From the NCBI GenBank assembly GCA_009602725.1, contig WELB01000016.1:1002248-1066247 (forward strand): a DNA stretch of 64,000 nt, given 5' to 3'. Shown here piece by piece: positions 11,550 to 25,519 of the stretch. The notes below the pieces were generated by a model. That model was not told where the DNA came from, did no database searches, and worked only from the letters and a program-made list of their open reading frames with translations. The DNA comes from Spirogloea muscicola (taxonomy: Eukaryota). Numbering within the stretch: position 1 is the first letter of the stretch; each line of letters opens with the position of its first letter. Both the position numbers and the translations under genes were made by a program.

Positions 11550-13904
11550 TCAAGTTCGAGCATTGCTCTTTTGCATGCCGCTCTCCCTTGCAACCTCGCA
11601 AAACAGGGCGACTGCTTCCTCTGGCGTGCCCTGAAGGCAGCAAGACAGTGAGGTATATATTGGTACAATATGGTGAACAACCTCAGTGACTAAGCCACTG
11701 CAGCTGCAAACAGTGCTAAAGGGAAATGACAACGTGCTGCACATTCCCGAATGGTGGGCGAGACCAAGCCCACCTGCACCACGCCGTGCCCAACATTGAG
11801 GATGTGCCTGCGGCCGCCTGCTTGTCTCAAGCACTGCGTTGCCGCGCCCCTGATGGCCTGCTCCGGCCCAAAGAGGATCATGGGGTCCACATTGCCCTGA
11901 TTTTCGCAAGAACAAAGGAGAATTTTAGAGAGGATCTTGGGAAACACAACAAGGTGACAGAATGTCCAATCACGCACATGCGGTCAATGTGTACGGACAG
12001 GCACAGTTCCTGAAGCTCACTGACCTGGAGAACAGCGTCCGGCCCAAAGGCTGCCCTCGCATCACCCATGTCAACGGTCCAGTCAATTCCTATCACATCC
12101 GCACTGCAGGCCTTTGAGATTCGGTCAAGCTTTCCTGCACCGCCATTGGCGTGGAAAATGAGCGGGACGCCCGGCCGAAGGTTGTGGACTCGCAGGATCA
12201 CGCGCTCCGCATACGTCAGGCTGAACTCCTCAAACTGCGCAGGTGAAAGGTGGTGTGCCCAGGAGTCGAATATCTGCACCACCTGCATTGCTCAAGCGAT
12301 ACCACACAATCATGTGCAGTTCAAGTTGGACCATTGACCACTGACACTACCCTTAGAGACCCATAGCCAGTCGCTTAAAGGGATGTAGACGAATCTTACA
12401 CAGTGTAGCCAGTGAGCTGGAGGAGGTAGCTCATATGCTACATGAACTTAGATATTATAGGGTATAGGCGAAGATCACCTACAGACCTGGGCTCCACAAT
12501 CAATCTGATGGCAGATGTACACGACGAGCGCCTCCTCCAGGTGGTCAAGCAGTCGGTGCAGCAGCTGGGGCTCTGCTCGTGTGCACTCCTCCAGTATAAA
12601 AAGCAGCGTCAGCAAAATCCACCAGCCTTACGTGACAGTGGCAGCCTCAGGCGCAGTCCTCCAGATGCACCATGCTGCTGGACTGAGTGTGTACCGTGGA
12701 ACATGATGCGCTTGGTGTGTACAAGGTTCTTGTCAGCCATGCCCTCTACGGCATAGGCGGCCAGCGTCCAGGGGCTGCCCACGAATCCGAGTAGCGTTGA
12801 CCTGCCCTCCACCTCTCTCCGCAGCGCACCCAAGATCTCCCGTATGAATGGCAGGCTGCGATGGGGATCGTCTAGCGGCCTGCATTGCCAAGGAAAGAAT
12901 GCTTGCACCATGTAGTCTCCGCACCGACTAGCGACAAGCTGCGCCAAGGCCCTTCAGCACGATCTTCTTTGCCCTTGTGTTCTCTGTTGACAAACAGACC
13001 TGAGCACATCGAGGTCGGCAGCGGAGCGGAGCGGGTTGGCGATGACCGGGCCCTTGCCCTTGACCATGTCAAACTCCACGCCCAGTGCAGGCAGCAGCGT
13101 GAGGATGTCAGAGAACATGATGACGCCATCGGTGTGGAATGCGCGCCACGGCTGCAGCGACAGCTCGATGGCAATGTCGGGCGTTTCAGAGCGCTGCCGG
13201 AAAGAGATGGTTTCCGAGTACCTGCAGCAGCCAGGGCGTGACAGTTACGGCTTTGTGACAATTGGAGCAGGCCAAGCCAGCCAGCAGCGCCCCCAGTTGC
13301 AGCACCATGGCAGCTGAGAGGGAGGAGCCGGTGAGGGAGGGCACTCACTTGCGGAAGTCGGCCATGTAGCGCCCAGCCTGGCGCATCAGCCACACGGGGG
13401 TGCGCTCGGCGTCTGCGGCAGCCCAAGTGCGCACCAGCGGGGCAACGCAGGGGCTCAGCGGTCGGACCCAAGGGTCAGGGTTCAAGTCTCCCAGAATGGG
13501 ATAGCAGTCCAGTACATGGGGGACGAAAAGCACCCGAGCAAGGATATGGGGGCTTAGCAATCGTAACCAACGATTGGAGTTCCGCAGGCTGCGCAGTAAC
13601 CATAGCTTTTGGCATCTGGCTCGAGGTTCTTGGGACCCCACGATTGCAGGTTAGCCTGGTCCACGGAGGACGAAGTGTAGCAGGCAAGCCGCGCAGAGCC
13701 ACTGAGACACTGCGGAGGGGAGGGCCTCGAGCTGCGCAGCCGCTCACCTTCCCCGCGGGCCACTCGCAGCAGGAGAGGGTCCGAGCTCGCCGCCCTCGGC
13801 GAGACGGCCAGGCCCCGCGTGGGCGCCCATTGCCGGAGCCGCGGCTGGGGTGGCGGCCGCAGCGAGGGCCCGCCAGCCGCATGGCGGCCCAGGGAAGCCG
13901 CCAT
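11550..13904 (-). CDS. HEME: Uroporphyrinogen decarboxylase, plastid-targeted (multi-exon)
   Basis: Transit-like N-terminus, then [79 protein letters not shown]. Confidence 0.95.
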
Positions 13905-14619
13905 GGAGGCCGAGGCCTCGGTCTCGCGCCGCAAGGACTGCCCAAATGGCCAAGACTTTGGCCTTCGGAACCTGCGCTGCGGCTTCAGCGGCGCCCAAAC
14001 CCTTAAACTCCTACACCTGGATGCTCATCGCTGGCAGGACATGGCTGGCCAAGCGAGGCGGCCGCCGGCGCTGCTGCAGCGGGCCGGGCGGCCGAGCTTG
14101 CCGCAACGGATGGCGGCGACGGAGGCCCTGCCGGCAGGAGGGGGGCTCGTCGCGCGACAGTGCGGCGGCGGGGAGGAGGCGCGGCGCGGCTGGCTAGCTG
14201 GGCGCCCCGCCTTATCTGGTCATTTTCCTGTCCTGAATCCGTTTGATATTTCTCAGCTTAAGGCAGTAACCCTAACCCTCCTATCAGCCGCAAATTCGAC
14301 ACCTTTGGCTGCGTGGGTCCTCGTATTTATACCCTACTTGAGAAAATTGCAAGTTTAGGGTATGCACGACGTGAGGATGTTGTAGAGGGCAACGCCCCTC
14401 CGGTAAGAGTCAGGACAAAACCATAACATAACCGTAAATGTAAAGCGTCAGTCCAGCCGACAGCCCCCTATGCATAGGTGGGCCTGCGGACTTAATCCAT
14501 GCCTTGTTGGCGGCTTTTAGCTTTTGGGCTATCGTGGTGGTTCCCTTTTACATTGGTGGAGAACTGGGCCTGAGAGATCGCGGATTCGGACTGTGCCGGC
14601 CAGCACGGAGGGGATTTAG

Positions 14620-15650
14620 GAGAAGAAGTGGCTCTCCCAATGGGGGCAAGGGCTGTGAGAAGCCAGCCCGAAAAGAATTGACAAGGTTCGAAGGGGCCAA
14701 AATACGAGCTAAGCAGCGACTGCGGGGCCTGAAGAGGCTATGGCAGGCTATGGCAGCCTGAGAGCTGAGAGACAATCTGACAACCATGGCCCCTGCCACG
14801 CGCGCCTCCGGCGCGCCGCTGGCTGCCTCCGATACAGAGGGTAAGGCAAGCAAGCGCGTCCAGATTAATTGGTGGCTGGAAGAGGCCAGCCCAAAAGAAT
14901 GGACAAGGTCTGAAGGAGTCGGAGTGCTAAGGACTGAGACAGCAGTAAGCGAACTCTCAGTGACCTCTCGTCAATAGATGCAAATCTGAACGGCAAATCT
15001 GAACGGTAAGGCAAGCAGTCCGACCCGCTGACGAGCGCAGCGTAGGTGGCCACCCTGACGGGGCCGCTGGGCCCAATCCCACTCGTTATTCACTCGTGGG
15101 TACTGAGCTTTTCTCTACATCGTCTATGTGTATTGAAGTGTTTTGTAGTGTAGTCCTTTTTCCGGCTCCTCTTTCTTTGGCTTTGGACATTGTCCACTTC
15201 TTTTTTGGGCTGGCTTTGCCAGCCCCTCTTCTCTATGGGCGAGCACTTGCTTCTAATCCCGGGGAGCCGGGCCCCCTAGACCTGATGTTGCTCACTCGTG
15301 GGTACTGAGCTTTCTCTGCATCGTCTATGTGTTTTGCAGTGTTTTGTAGTGTAGTCCTTTTTCCGGCTCCTCTTTCTTTGGCTTCGGACATTGTCCATTC
15401 TTTTTAGGCTGGCTTTGCCAGCCCCTCTTCTCTGTGGGCGAGCACTTTCTTCATAGTGGCCCCCAGTGAAGTCCAAGCTGACCCGATGACGACCGCCCTC
15501 GAGCGACTCGACGGTTAGCTGGCCAGCCTGCTGGGACGCGCCCAGCCGCTGCCCGCTCCAGAGGGTGATGCCTCCTCTGCAACCATGTCAATTATTTTCG
15601 GGCTGGCTTTTCACAGCCCTTGCCCCCATCGGGAGAGCCTCTTCTCTTCT
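14620..15650. mobile_element. Cluster of 5'-truncated CRE-like non-LTR 3' ends, both orientations
   Basis: Five copies of the GGGCTGGC..CAGCCC..TGGnnGnGC terminal motif. DLMLLTRGY* ends at 15308. A 13-bp TSD ggtaaggcaagca lies at 14840-14852 and 15005-15017. Confidence 0.8.
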
Positions 15651-16478
15651 GCAACCTCGGACCGCCGCGTGAAGCCCACGCCCTGCGCCTTTCGCAGGCG
15701 GTCCCCAGAACGACGTCCACGGATGGTTGGATCACTTTGACATCATTGTCGAGTACCATCACTGGACGGACGCACCCAAGACAAGGGAAGTCGGACCCTG
15801 TCTGCTGGGTCCCGCGGCCACATGATTCGCGGGCATCCCCTCGTCACTGACCTGGCCCAGCCTGCGCATCGCTATCGCCAACGCCTTCGGGCGTCACAAC
15901 CGCCCTGCTGCTACATGGGCGACGCTGCACGCGCTGCGGCAGGCTTCGATTGAGGACGTCGTCACCTTCGGCGCCAACTTCGGGCGCACGCTCCATCGTG
16001 ACGACCCAACACTCAGTGAGTCGACCAAGCTGGCGCTCCTGTGGCCCCGCCTGCAGGCGGCCCTGGCGCAGCAGGCCGTCGCGACTCGACCGCAAATACT
16101 CGACGAGGCGCTGAACCCACTCCAAGCCCTGGCGGCGCTGGCACCCTTAAAAAGAAAAAAGGGCTCGCCCATTGATGATAGGGGCTGGAAAAAGCCAGCC
16201 CAAAAAAGAACGAACAAAAAGCCCGCCCCAGTGGCCCCGGAACTGAGCGTCACACAGCGGTGGACGCGCCCACGCTCGGACAACCGGCACAGGCCCGACA
16301 ACGTCAACTTCGACAACAGACGGCCTGACAACAACCGACGGCCGGACAACAGCGGCTCCGCCGACGGACGGCTAGAGTGCTGGGAATGCGGCCAGCTAGG
16401 ACACATCCGGCTGTACTGCCTTAGGCGTAGGCCACGCAATAGCATGAATCGTCGAGATAGAGATAGACAGTATGCCAC

Positions 16479-19400
16479 AATGGCTGATGAGGGACCCATT
16501 GGCCGGAAAACGGCCCGGGAGGGGAGTAGCGCAGCAGCAGCAGCACCACCACCACCACCACCATTGCCGCCCCCACCATTGCCTCCTCGACCTCCTCTGT
16601 TACCTCTACCCGTACCTGTACCTCCCTCGCTGCCTCGACCTGTTGTTGTGAGATACCATACAGCTGGTGACCATCAAGGACGACCTAGGCAGGGTCGGTC
16701 TCACGACTTGAGCCCAGTCCACACGGGCCTCCCAATACGCCAGACCAGAGAGTCCCCTGCCCTGTATGCCAGCAATGTTTCAGCCCGATAGGGCTGCCAG
16801 TCCATGCCTATCACTGCCGCAATCGCCAGAACCGGCAGCGAGTTCACATGTGCCGGGCACCGTCCGGCCTCCACCACCCCCTTCTCCAGAAGGGGATGGT
16901 GGAGGCCCACTGCCAGCTCTCTGGAGAGAGCTGGCATTGGGCTGCCACAGTGGACCTCACCCCCCTTCTCATCCCTGACGGCCTTCAAAACCTACGCAAA
17001 ATTCCTAGATGGGCACGTCGTGAGTGCACCAAGGGTTTTTCCGCCTTACCTCGCACGCATCGAAGCGGACTCTATGGACGAGGCGGCCTGGGCGTTGTAG
17101 AGGCTTTTTCCCAAGCTTGTTCTTGGCCATCTTCCCCCTTTTGGCGTCGGTGGCCGCAAGGCTTTCCAGGACAGACTGGCTAAATTTACAAGCGGACAAT
17201 GGGAGGAATTGGCTCAGCAGCGTGCAGCGGCTGCTCGGGTCGCGCTCTCACAGCGGCGGGCGCGCCGTGGATCAGTCAATCAGCCCTCTCAACAGTCCAG
17301 AGCTGGCAATGTAGCGCGCGCAAGACGCTTTGGCAGGGCAGGAGAACTTTCCCGGGCCGCTCAGGCCCTTTGCCCTGACCCCCTGGCTACTGTCAACGAC
17401 GCCACGGAGGCTATCTTGCGACAGCTCCACCCCCCTCCCCAACACCACCTTGAGCTCTGGGCTGGCGAGCTCCCCAGTCCTCTTGACCTGTCGGCGGAGG
17501 CGGTCCGTGTGGCCCTGACCAAAGCCCCCCGGATGGTGTCTGGAGGCCCTTCTGGACGGTTCTTTGAGCACCTACAGGACCTTTTCCTTGATGGGGATGA
17601 GAGGAGCTTCTCCCTGTTCCTGTCCACCTGCCGGCACATTGCCAGGGCTGCCATTCCTCCAGGCATTGCCGACGCCTTGCGAAGCCGACAGGCGGTGTGA
17701 GACCCATTGCAACGACGGAGGTTATCATGCGGCTGGTATCAAAGGCCGTGTGCAGCGAGCTGAAACCCCAGCTGACCAGCCACTTATAACCCCAATTTGG
17801 TGCTGGCATGTCCTGCGGGCGGAGGCCCTCGTCCACGGCATCCGCACTGCTCTCGACGTGGACCCTTCAATGATGGTCCTTGGGCTGGACTTTAGTAACG
17901 CTTTCAACACCGTGGAGCGCAGCGTCATCATGGAGGAGCTGCGCGACCACTTCCCTTCCCTTATACCTTTCCTCATGGCTTATGGCCGCCCAGGGCGGCT
18001 TCTGTGGAAAGCCGGAGAGTTGTGGAAGACGCTGTGGTCAACTTCTGGAACACGCCAGGGGGATCCCCTTAGCCCAATCCTGTTTGCCTTGGCACATTGC
18101 CGGGCTATTTGGCGCACCCAGAGCCAACACCCAGACCTCCTCTTTTCCTCCTACGCGGATGGTACACACATCATTGGACATCCAGCGGAAGTCATGGCGG
18201 CTTAACCCTTGCTCGTTCGCGAACTGGACCTGATGGGCCTGCGGGTTTGCCCGTCCAAGAGCGTGGCATGGTCCCCACGCGGTCTTCCCGCCAACCTTCA
18301 GCTCCCCCACGGCTGTCAGACCCCTGCCAATGGGCTGGCCATCCTCAAGGTCCCCCTCGGTACACCAGCTCACGTGGCGGTGGACTTGCGGGAACGCCTT
18401 CAAAACCACCTCGCCCCCCTCCCTTCCCCTTCCCTCCTTGGTGACACACAGCTGGCGTTGGCCATTCTCACTCGCTACATCGGCCAACGGGCTTGCTATC
18501 TGCAACGGACAGTCGCCCCATTAGGCATGGTAGTGGAGCTCTACAAGGAATATGACTAATAACTCCCTTCTGCAGTCCCTGGCATCCATGCTACATTCTT
18601 CATCTTTCCCCTCAGCTTCAGCTTCCCTCCAGGCCTCCCTCCCACTCGCATGGGCGGCCTTGCTTGCCGGTCATTGGAGCAGACGGCGCAAGCAGCCCTT
18701 CCTGGGCTGCTGGCACCAGATCGCCTCTCTGTTTCCCTTGCCTCCACGACCCTGTACGCAATGTGGAGGAAGGCTCCTTCCCTTCCCAAGCGGATCTGAG
18801 GAGCATCCGCGACTCGGCAGTCGGCTCTTTTCCCTCTATACAAGCCCTACTCACGCCATTCTCAAACCTCGCCCAAGCTTCTGACAGAGGGGCACAATCC
18901 AGACTGGAAACGGCAGTGGAAGATGTGCGCCGCAGAAGGTTGAGGAGACTGCCAGAGATTCAGAACAATCCAAGGAGCCTGGCAAGACTTACTTCTCTCG
19001 CCACACCTGGTGCTACAGACTGGATCCCCTCTCACGCCGTCGCCAACGACTTCAGCTTCAGCTCCGAGGCCTTTCGGACGTCGCTTCAACTCTTCCTCGG
19101 CCTACCACCTAAGTGCCTGATTGGGGTGCGCTAGTGCGAGTGCCGCTTCCGTGCAGAGGATGCTGAGTTCGCCACTCACATGCTGCGATGCCCCACTGGA
19201 CCAGAAGTGGTGGGCATCCACAACCTCCTTCGTGATGCCCTGGCGGGTTTAATGTGCGACGCCGGGTACCGTGCGGTCGTGGAAGTGAACAACGTTATGC
19301 CTATCACCACGGATGCCCAGGGACGTCATCATCGCCGCACACTTGACATTGTGGGCGTGCAACCTGGTGGAGGACCACGGGCCTTGGTCGATGTTGTTGT

Positions 19401-19920
19401 TACGGAGGCCTGAAAAAGTCCAGCATCGACGGACATCGCTGGCCACGCAGTGGGTGGTGCCGAACAAAGAGTACTGTAAGCCGCAGCACTACTCCGATTA
19501 CCCCCACTGCGATCAGCTCCTGGCAGCGGCAGTCGACATTTCTGGCTGCTTAGGTCCTCATTTCCACACTCTCTTTCATACTATTGCCAATCTAGGCTAC
19601 ACACGAAATGCAGATGTGTTCCCGGCTGAGATGGGCTTGCCAGCTGCATATCTGTCGTTCTTGCGACGACGAGTTTCAGCCTGTTTGCAGCGTGCTTGGG
19701 CTAATGCTTTGCACCAGAAAGCTGGGCGAACTCTACTTGGTGGCAGAAGGGCTACGTATCTGCCATCTAGTATTCAAGCATCGATTAGCGACCTTTATGT
19801 CTTGACCCGTGGTTACTGAGCGGGTAATCTGCTGTAGGTTATGTAGGTCTTCAGATGTGCTTGCCTTTGTACTTGGCCATTTGGCCTTTGTTCATTCCAA
19901 ATACACGAAATTTTTTCCTA
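16479..19920 (+). mobile_element. Near-full-length decayed CRE-like non-LTR retrotransposon (RT + CCHC + restriction-like endonuclease)
   Basis: RARRFGRAGELSRAAQAL..LRQLHP, SGGPSG, LGLDFSNAFNTVER, SGTRQGDPLSPILFAL, SSYADGTH, C-x-C..HMLRC..HNLLRD, RRTLDIV..ALVDVVV, ending SDLYVLTRGY* at 19819. It sits between the Gypsy gag and protease. Confidence 0.88.
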
Positions 19921-22495
19921 TTCCGGTAGCTTGGCAAATGTCGTCACATTGTGCGGACAGAGGTAGGACATTCGTGGTGCCCGCCACGTCCAGGAATCGG
20001 CCATTGACCGTCCTGATCGACACCATTACCACGGTCCGCCGCAGTGTCTTCGATAGTTGCCGCTGCTTCACGATCCTGCCGCGCCTCTGCGCATCGTCTT
20101 CGGCGACGAGGACAAGACGACCGTCTCAACATCGACGGCAACGTTGGAGATGGCCCTAGACGGATTCCTGGGACCCGTCAAGGCCAGAGTGGTCCCCCAG
20201 CACCTGTTCGACGTGGTGCTGGGCATGGACTGGATGGTAAAGCACGACGTCTCCTGTCACGCACAAACCAAACGCATAACCGTGGGCGCCTCGCCCCACC
20301 GGGCCTGCCGGGTCACATCTCCAGCGGCCACACCCGGCGGCCCTCAAGTCCTTGCGAGGCTAAGGGCCCAATCAGGTTGTCCCGCTCCGCAGCGTCTGAC
20401 AGTGGCCAACGGGCGCGCGCTGGTCTCCACTGCATGCAGCCGTCGGACCGCGCTGCGGCATTGGCACACACGGCCCCGCTTGTGGTCAGCGCAGGCCGGG
20501 CAGACGACGCGGACGACATGGGCAACGACAACACGGCGTCCAGAGAGGCGCCTAGTGACGACGCCGTCCTCCGACACGGAGCAAAGAAAGCGCTGGCTCC
20601 GCTGTCCGCCGATCTCAGCGGCGGCGCCCCGCAGACGTGGGCGCCCAAGGTGCGCCACGAGATCGACACGGGCGACGCGCTGCCGGTAAGACTGCCGGAG
20701 CGACGACGCTCTCCGGCGAGGCCCACACCATCCGCCAGCACGTCGACGACATGCTACGGAAAGGCGTCGTGCGCCGCAGCTGCAGCCTGTGGGGCTCGCT
20801 CCCAAGCCCGACGGCAGCTGGCGGTTCTGCGTGGACTACAGGAAGCTGAACGACGTCATCAAAAAGGACTTGTACCCGCTGCCGCGCATCGACGTCCTGC
20901 TCGACAAACTGGGCGGTGCGCCACTTCACGACCACGGACTTTTCCGCGGGCTACTGGCAAATCAAGCTCGCGGCCGGGGATGCGGAGAAGACCGCCTTCC
21001 GCACGCCGGGGGGGCACTATGAGTTCGTGGTCATGCCGTTCGGACTCACCAACGCCCGGGCCACCTTCCAGCGCCTCATGAACGAGCTGCTGGGCGACCT
21101 CGGCGGCTTCTGCCTCGTGTATCTGACGACATCGTCGTGTTCTCCAGGACGGCCCACGACCACGTCAACAACGTCGGCGTTGTGGGCCAGAGGCTGCGGG
21201 ACGTGGGGCTCCGTCTCAAGGCGACCAAGTGTCGCTTCGCGCAACGGGAGGTAAAGGTGCTGGGGCACGTCGTCTCCCAGCAGGGCGTCAGACCCGACCC
21301 AGCGAGGGGGGCGGCGCTGCAGTGGCTGTTCGACACTCCCGACCCCAAGGGCCGCGTCGCTCGCTGCATCTTCGCGCTGGCGCCCTACGCGTTCGACATC
21401 CGCCACCGCCCGGGCACCAGCAACATCACCGGCGACGCCCTGTCACGCGCCTACCAAGCGGTACAGAAAGGGCTCGCCCATTGAGGATATGGGCTGGAAA
21501 AGCCAGCCCAAAAAAGAATGAACAAAGTAGGAGAAGGGTACAGCTTCCCGACCCAGCGGCCGTCCGCACCGGCCAGGCGACCGACCCGTGGGTCCAGGCA
21601 GCCCGTCAAGCACTTGCTGACCCTGCCGGCGCAACCCCGGACTTGCCCCCATCCTTCCCCGCCTTCTTCTCCCCGCCTCACGATGGTCGACGACACCCTG
21701 CTCCTCACTCGTACCTACTGAGTGGTCCATCCTCCCCCGTTCTGCTATAGCCTCTTCAGGCCCTTAGTAGCTGCTTAGCTCGTAGATTGGCCCCTTCGAG
21801 CCTTGTCTTCGGGCTGGCTTCTCACAGCCCTTGCCCCCAATTGGGAGAGCCACTTTTTCGTTCTACCGCGGACCGGACGGCCGGCTCCGGTGAGAGCCCA
21901 GAAATGAATGGACAATGGTAGGTCGTCCCCGCAGCGCTGCGGGCGGCGTACCTCGCTGCCCACCACGACCACCCATTGGGCGGCGGCCACCTGGGATTTC
22001 ACAAAACCCTGGACAAGCTGCGCGCCGCCTGCTTCTGGCCGCGCATGCGCTGGGACGTCTACAACTACGTCGCCAGCTGCCGCGCGTGCGGCACGCGGAA
22101 GGACCCGCCGGCTCCGGCGCGCTCCAGTCCTATCGCGGTGCACGCGCCGTTCGAACTCGTTGCGTGCGACATTATGGGGGAGGGGCCACAGGTATGTTGT
22201 GCTTGCCACCGACTACCTGACCCGCTGGGTGCTCGGGGCGACTCTGCCGGACGCCACCGCCGACAGCGTGGCCATGTTCCTAAACCGGGACTGGTTTGCC
22301 AACGCGTGTCCTCGGAGGCTCCTGACGGACCTCGGCCCCACCTTCACCGGCCAACTCATGGAGCGCGTGTGCAGCTGGGCGTCTGACAAAGCTTCACGAC
22401 GCCCTACCACCCACAAACCGACGGGCTCGTAGAGCCGGCTCAACCGTACGGTCAAGGACATGGTGGCGAAGTATGTCGACAACAAACATGACAAT

Positions 22496-22627
22496 AGAAG
22501 AATGCGGCTGCTGATATTAACAGAGCGGCTGTGAAAGCCAGCCAGATGCATACAGGTGTTCATGACGGAGCCACAGGCTAGGCAGCCAGGGCGCTCTTAG
22601 TAACCCCGTGTCAGCAGTAGGAAGTCA
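22496..22627 (-). mobile_element. ~130-bp 3' fragment of the non-LTR family inserted in the Gypsy integrase
   Basis: Near-identical to 59200-59325. Flanked by the TSD gacaat (22490-22495, 22628-22633); removing it restores KHDNWDHYLP. Confidence 0.85.
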
Positions 22628-23127
22628 GACAATTGGGACCACTACCTACCGCTGCAGCTGGCCGCGTACGACTGCGCGGATCACGAGAGCACCGGCACGT
22701 CGCCCTTTCGCGCGCTGTAAGGGCGGCGCCCGGTGCTCCCGGCATCACTGGGGCTGCCACCGCGCGGCCGGCCGACAAGCGAGGACCTGCAGTGGGAGCT
22801 AAACCTGCGCTATAGCCTCCCCATCATCAGGGCGGAGGTGGCGGAGCGGTTGCGCCACGCCCAGACCCGGCAGGCCCGCGGCTACACCCGGCGCCACGCC
22901 GACCGCGCCTCCCAAGTGGGGGATCAGGTCCTCCTGCACATCCCCACCCGGCGGGTAGACCTGGCGACAAAGCTCATGCCCCGTTGCCACGGGCCCTGCA
23001 AGGTAAAAGCGCAGCTTGGGCCCGTCTTCTACCGCTGCTGAGCGCTGAAGCGATTCTCCCCGTCGCTCTTGTCGCAAAGCTCTCCTTGCGATCAACATGG
23101 CCAGCCGAGGCCAAGACATCTCAAATC

Positions 23128-23250
<123 letters not shown>

Positions 23251-23349
23251 GCCGACGCTTTGCACCTGCGTGCTGGCCGTGCTCTCGCTTTCGCTCTCGC
23301 TCTGGCCCTAGCCAGGGGACCNGGGGGGGGGGGGTGGTTGTTTGGAGCT

Positions 23350-25050
23350 GTGGAGTCTCACGGGGTCCAAGCAGCCCTCTGCACACGGAGGCTGGCCTCT
23401 GAGGCTTTGCAGGTCGCCGGAAGCAGTATTGCGAGATGAGATTGACAGCCGGCGTTATGATTTTTTGGGACTGAAGCCGACCAAATAATTTCCTGTGAGG
23501 TCCAACCGCCTCAGAGCTGCAGGACTGCGATTCGGTGGGAGTACATCTGGCAGGTATGAAGGGAAGCCTCCCTCGACGTGATTGGCAGAGGCATCGCTGC
23601 CAACGACCACACCACATTGGTAGCAACCATGCTGCTGTCAGCAACTCCCATCTACAATTCTGCACAGATGATGGCCCCTAAGATGGCTGCAAGTCTGTTT
23701 GAATGCACAAGAACCTCAAGGAGGAGCCAGCTGAGCCCTCAGGAAACAATTTGGCATACAATGTCTGCAGGTCTTGCAGAAACTGAAAGCCAAGGTCAAG
23801 GATGCCATAAAAATTGTTCCCCGCTATATTACTCATTTCTGTTTAGCATGGACGGGCCACAAAGCCACGAGCTCATCCTTCACTGTTAAGGCATTCTCTT
23901 GCTCTGTGGTCAGTTTAGGGTTATGCTCCAAGTTACAACTGTGCAACTTACAAGCCTTGCAAGTAGTGCGATCCAAATAACCTCCTGGAAAGAAACCCGT
24001 CAAGTTGTTGAACGAAATGTCACTGCAAATGCTTGGACGGTACCACTAAGGTCAGCTCGGATGCATCTCCGGCTCTGCAAGCAGCAGCCTATTGTCCGAC
24101 GCAAGCGTGTCAGCGTGCCCGGCAGCTTATACTTCCCCTTCGAACCTTGTCAATTCTTTTCGGGCTGGCTTCTCACAGCCCTTGCCCCCTTTGGGAGAGC
24201 CACTTCTTCCTTATACTTGCAGCTCTGAGCATGCCACTCCTAGGAGCGGAGATGGAGGCTTGCAGGACGTACAAGATTGTGAGGCTGAGGAGCCAGGCCA
24301 CATCATTGACCTCGCCAGAGAGCTTGTTGTGTGCGACCTGTCTATCGTGGCAGTGCAATATTAGTCTGTCACCACTTCGGGTGTTGAGCTCGACCAAGCC
24401 CATGCCAAGACATCCAGCAGCCAGATGCACAGCAGCACGTCTGACCAGCGGCCAAATGTGAGAAGCATGATGCTGCTCATAATAACAAGGCTGTTCAAGC
24501 CAAGGAAAGCGGCAACATGGAGGGCTTGGCCCGGCATGAGGGGTCAAGCAATGCCGTGAAACTAAAAAGGTGCGCAGCCAGCTTACACTTTCGAAAGCTT
24601 TTACAGGTTTGCATAATCGAGAAAGGGAAACGGACAAGTAAGATCGTTGTAGTCCAGGTTGCTGCAAAATGGTGCAATTGAAAATAAGAACTTGGACAAA
24701 ATATCTTCAAGGTTTTCAAACGCACGAGAAGAGCTACATTCGTCTGTGAGGTGAGTTTTTTGTGAGTTGGTGGCAACTGACAGAGTGACTAGATTGGAGA
24801 GGCGAGTGATGCTGTCTGGTATTGCGCCTGTGAGATTGTTGCAGTAGAGGTGGCTGAGTGCAAAATGCACAGACACCCACAGCGAATGTTTTAAGGGCTT
24901 GACAAAGGACACAACACTTGCCGTCAAAGGTGTCACTAACAATCTGGCAGTAAACTCAAGAAGTGGTGATTTGACAGAGGTGGGCCTCGGGAGCACCTCA
25001 ACATACGAGCACAACCCTCCACCAGTCACGTGAAGGAATGACAATCTCAG
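23350..25050 (-). pseudogene. Multi-exon LRR protein gene, probably decayed
   Basis: LYCNNLTGAIPDSITRLSNLVTL, LDYNDLTCPFP, VAHNKLSGEV, NHVEGGFPSY..LRRLDLTGNYLVG. Contains stops and a TE insertion. Confidence 0.65.
24135..24209 (+). mobile_element. 75-bp terminal fragment of the non-LTR family
   Basis: Terminal motif only, flanked by the 9-bp TSD cttatactt (24126-24134, 24210-24218). Confidence 0.85.
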
Positions 25051-25519
25051 ATAAGTAGCCTAAAGCTAGCACTGATGCCCCAGTTGTGGTCCTCCTCATT
25101 TCCCCGTTACCAGGACTCTTGTAAGGCTTGGATAGGCCTCCCTCTTAAATTTCATGCGCTCCGCGCCTTCTTATCACATGTAGATAACTCAAGCTTTATG
25201 TCTTCAACTTGTATCATCTGAGGCCTGCAAAACCCAATTCGGAACTAGTGGACCCTCCGCGAATGACCAGGCCTGCCGTTCGGTGCTGCCTTCCGCTCAG
25301 TATAGCCGTCCACGTCTCCGTAGAGTGCGAGGCTCGATCACACGGCCCGTGTGCTCGCTGTCTACGCTCCGCCCAGTGCATTGCCGCACCACGCGCAAGA
25401 CTCGCTTCCGGCTGGTGGTCAGCCTTTGCCGGGCGGGATTAGGCCCGCCGGGTCGCAACCATTCATCCTCCTCTGCCAAGCTTACCTGGCGCAAATGTCA
25501 ATCACTTAAGCCTTAGACT

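Larger units (their letters stand above)
15470..23040 (+). mobile_element. Decayed Ty3/Gypsy LTR retrotransposon (gag-PR-RT-partial RH-IN), interrupted by non-LTR insertions
   Basis: Zinc knuckle CWECGQLGHIRLYC (~16380). Protease TVLIDT and [26 protein letters not shown]...[25 protein letters not shown]. Integrase HD..GGHLGFHKT...CRAC, PFELVACDIMG, LTDLGPTF. Many frameshifts; LTRs not resolved. Confidence 0.9.

Noticed and set aside
14378..15468. 5' LTR and PBS of the + strand Gypsy element (TGTTG start; ..CA-tag-TGGCCCCCAG)
   Set aside because: No second LTR in the window to confirm it, and the putative PBS could not be matched to a specific tRNA.
16465..16520. Hammerhead ribozyme at the 5' end of the CRE-like element (CTGATGA ... 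GAAA)
   Set aside because: Stem II lacks the closing G-C pair, the cleavage position would be UG, stem III does not form, and CTGATGA is simply part of the codons ATG GCT GAT GAG.
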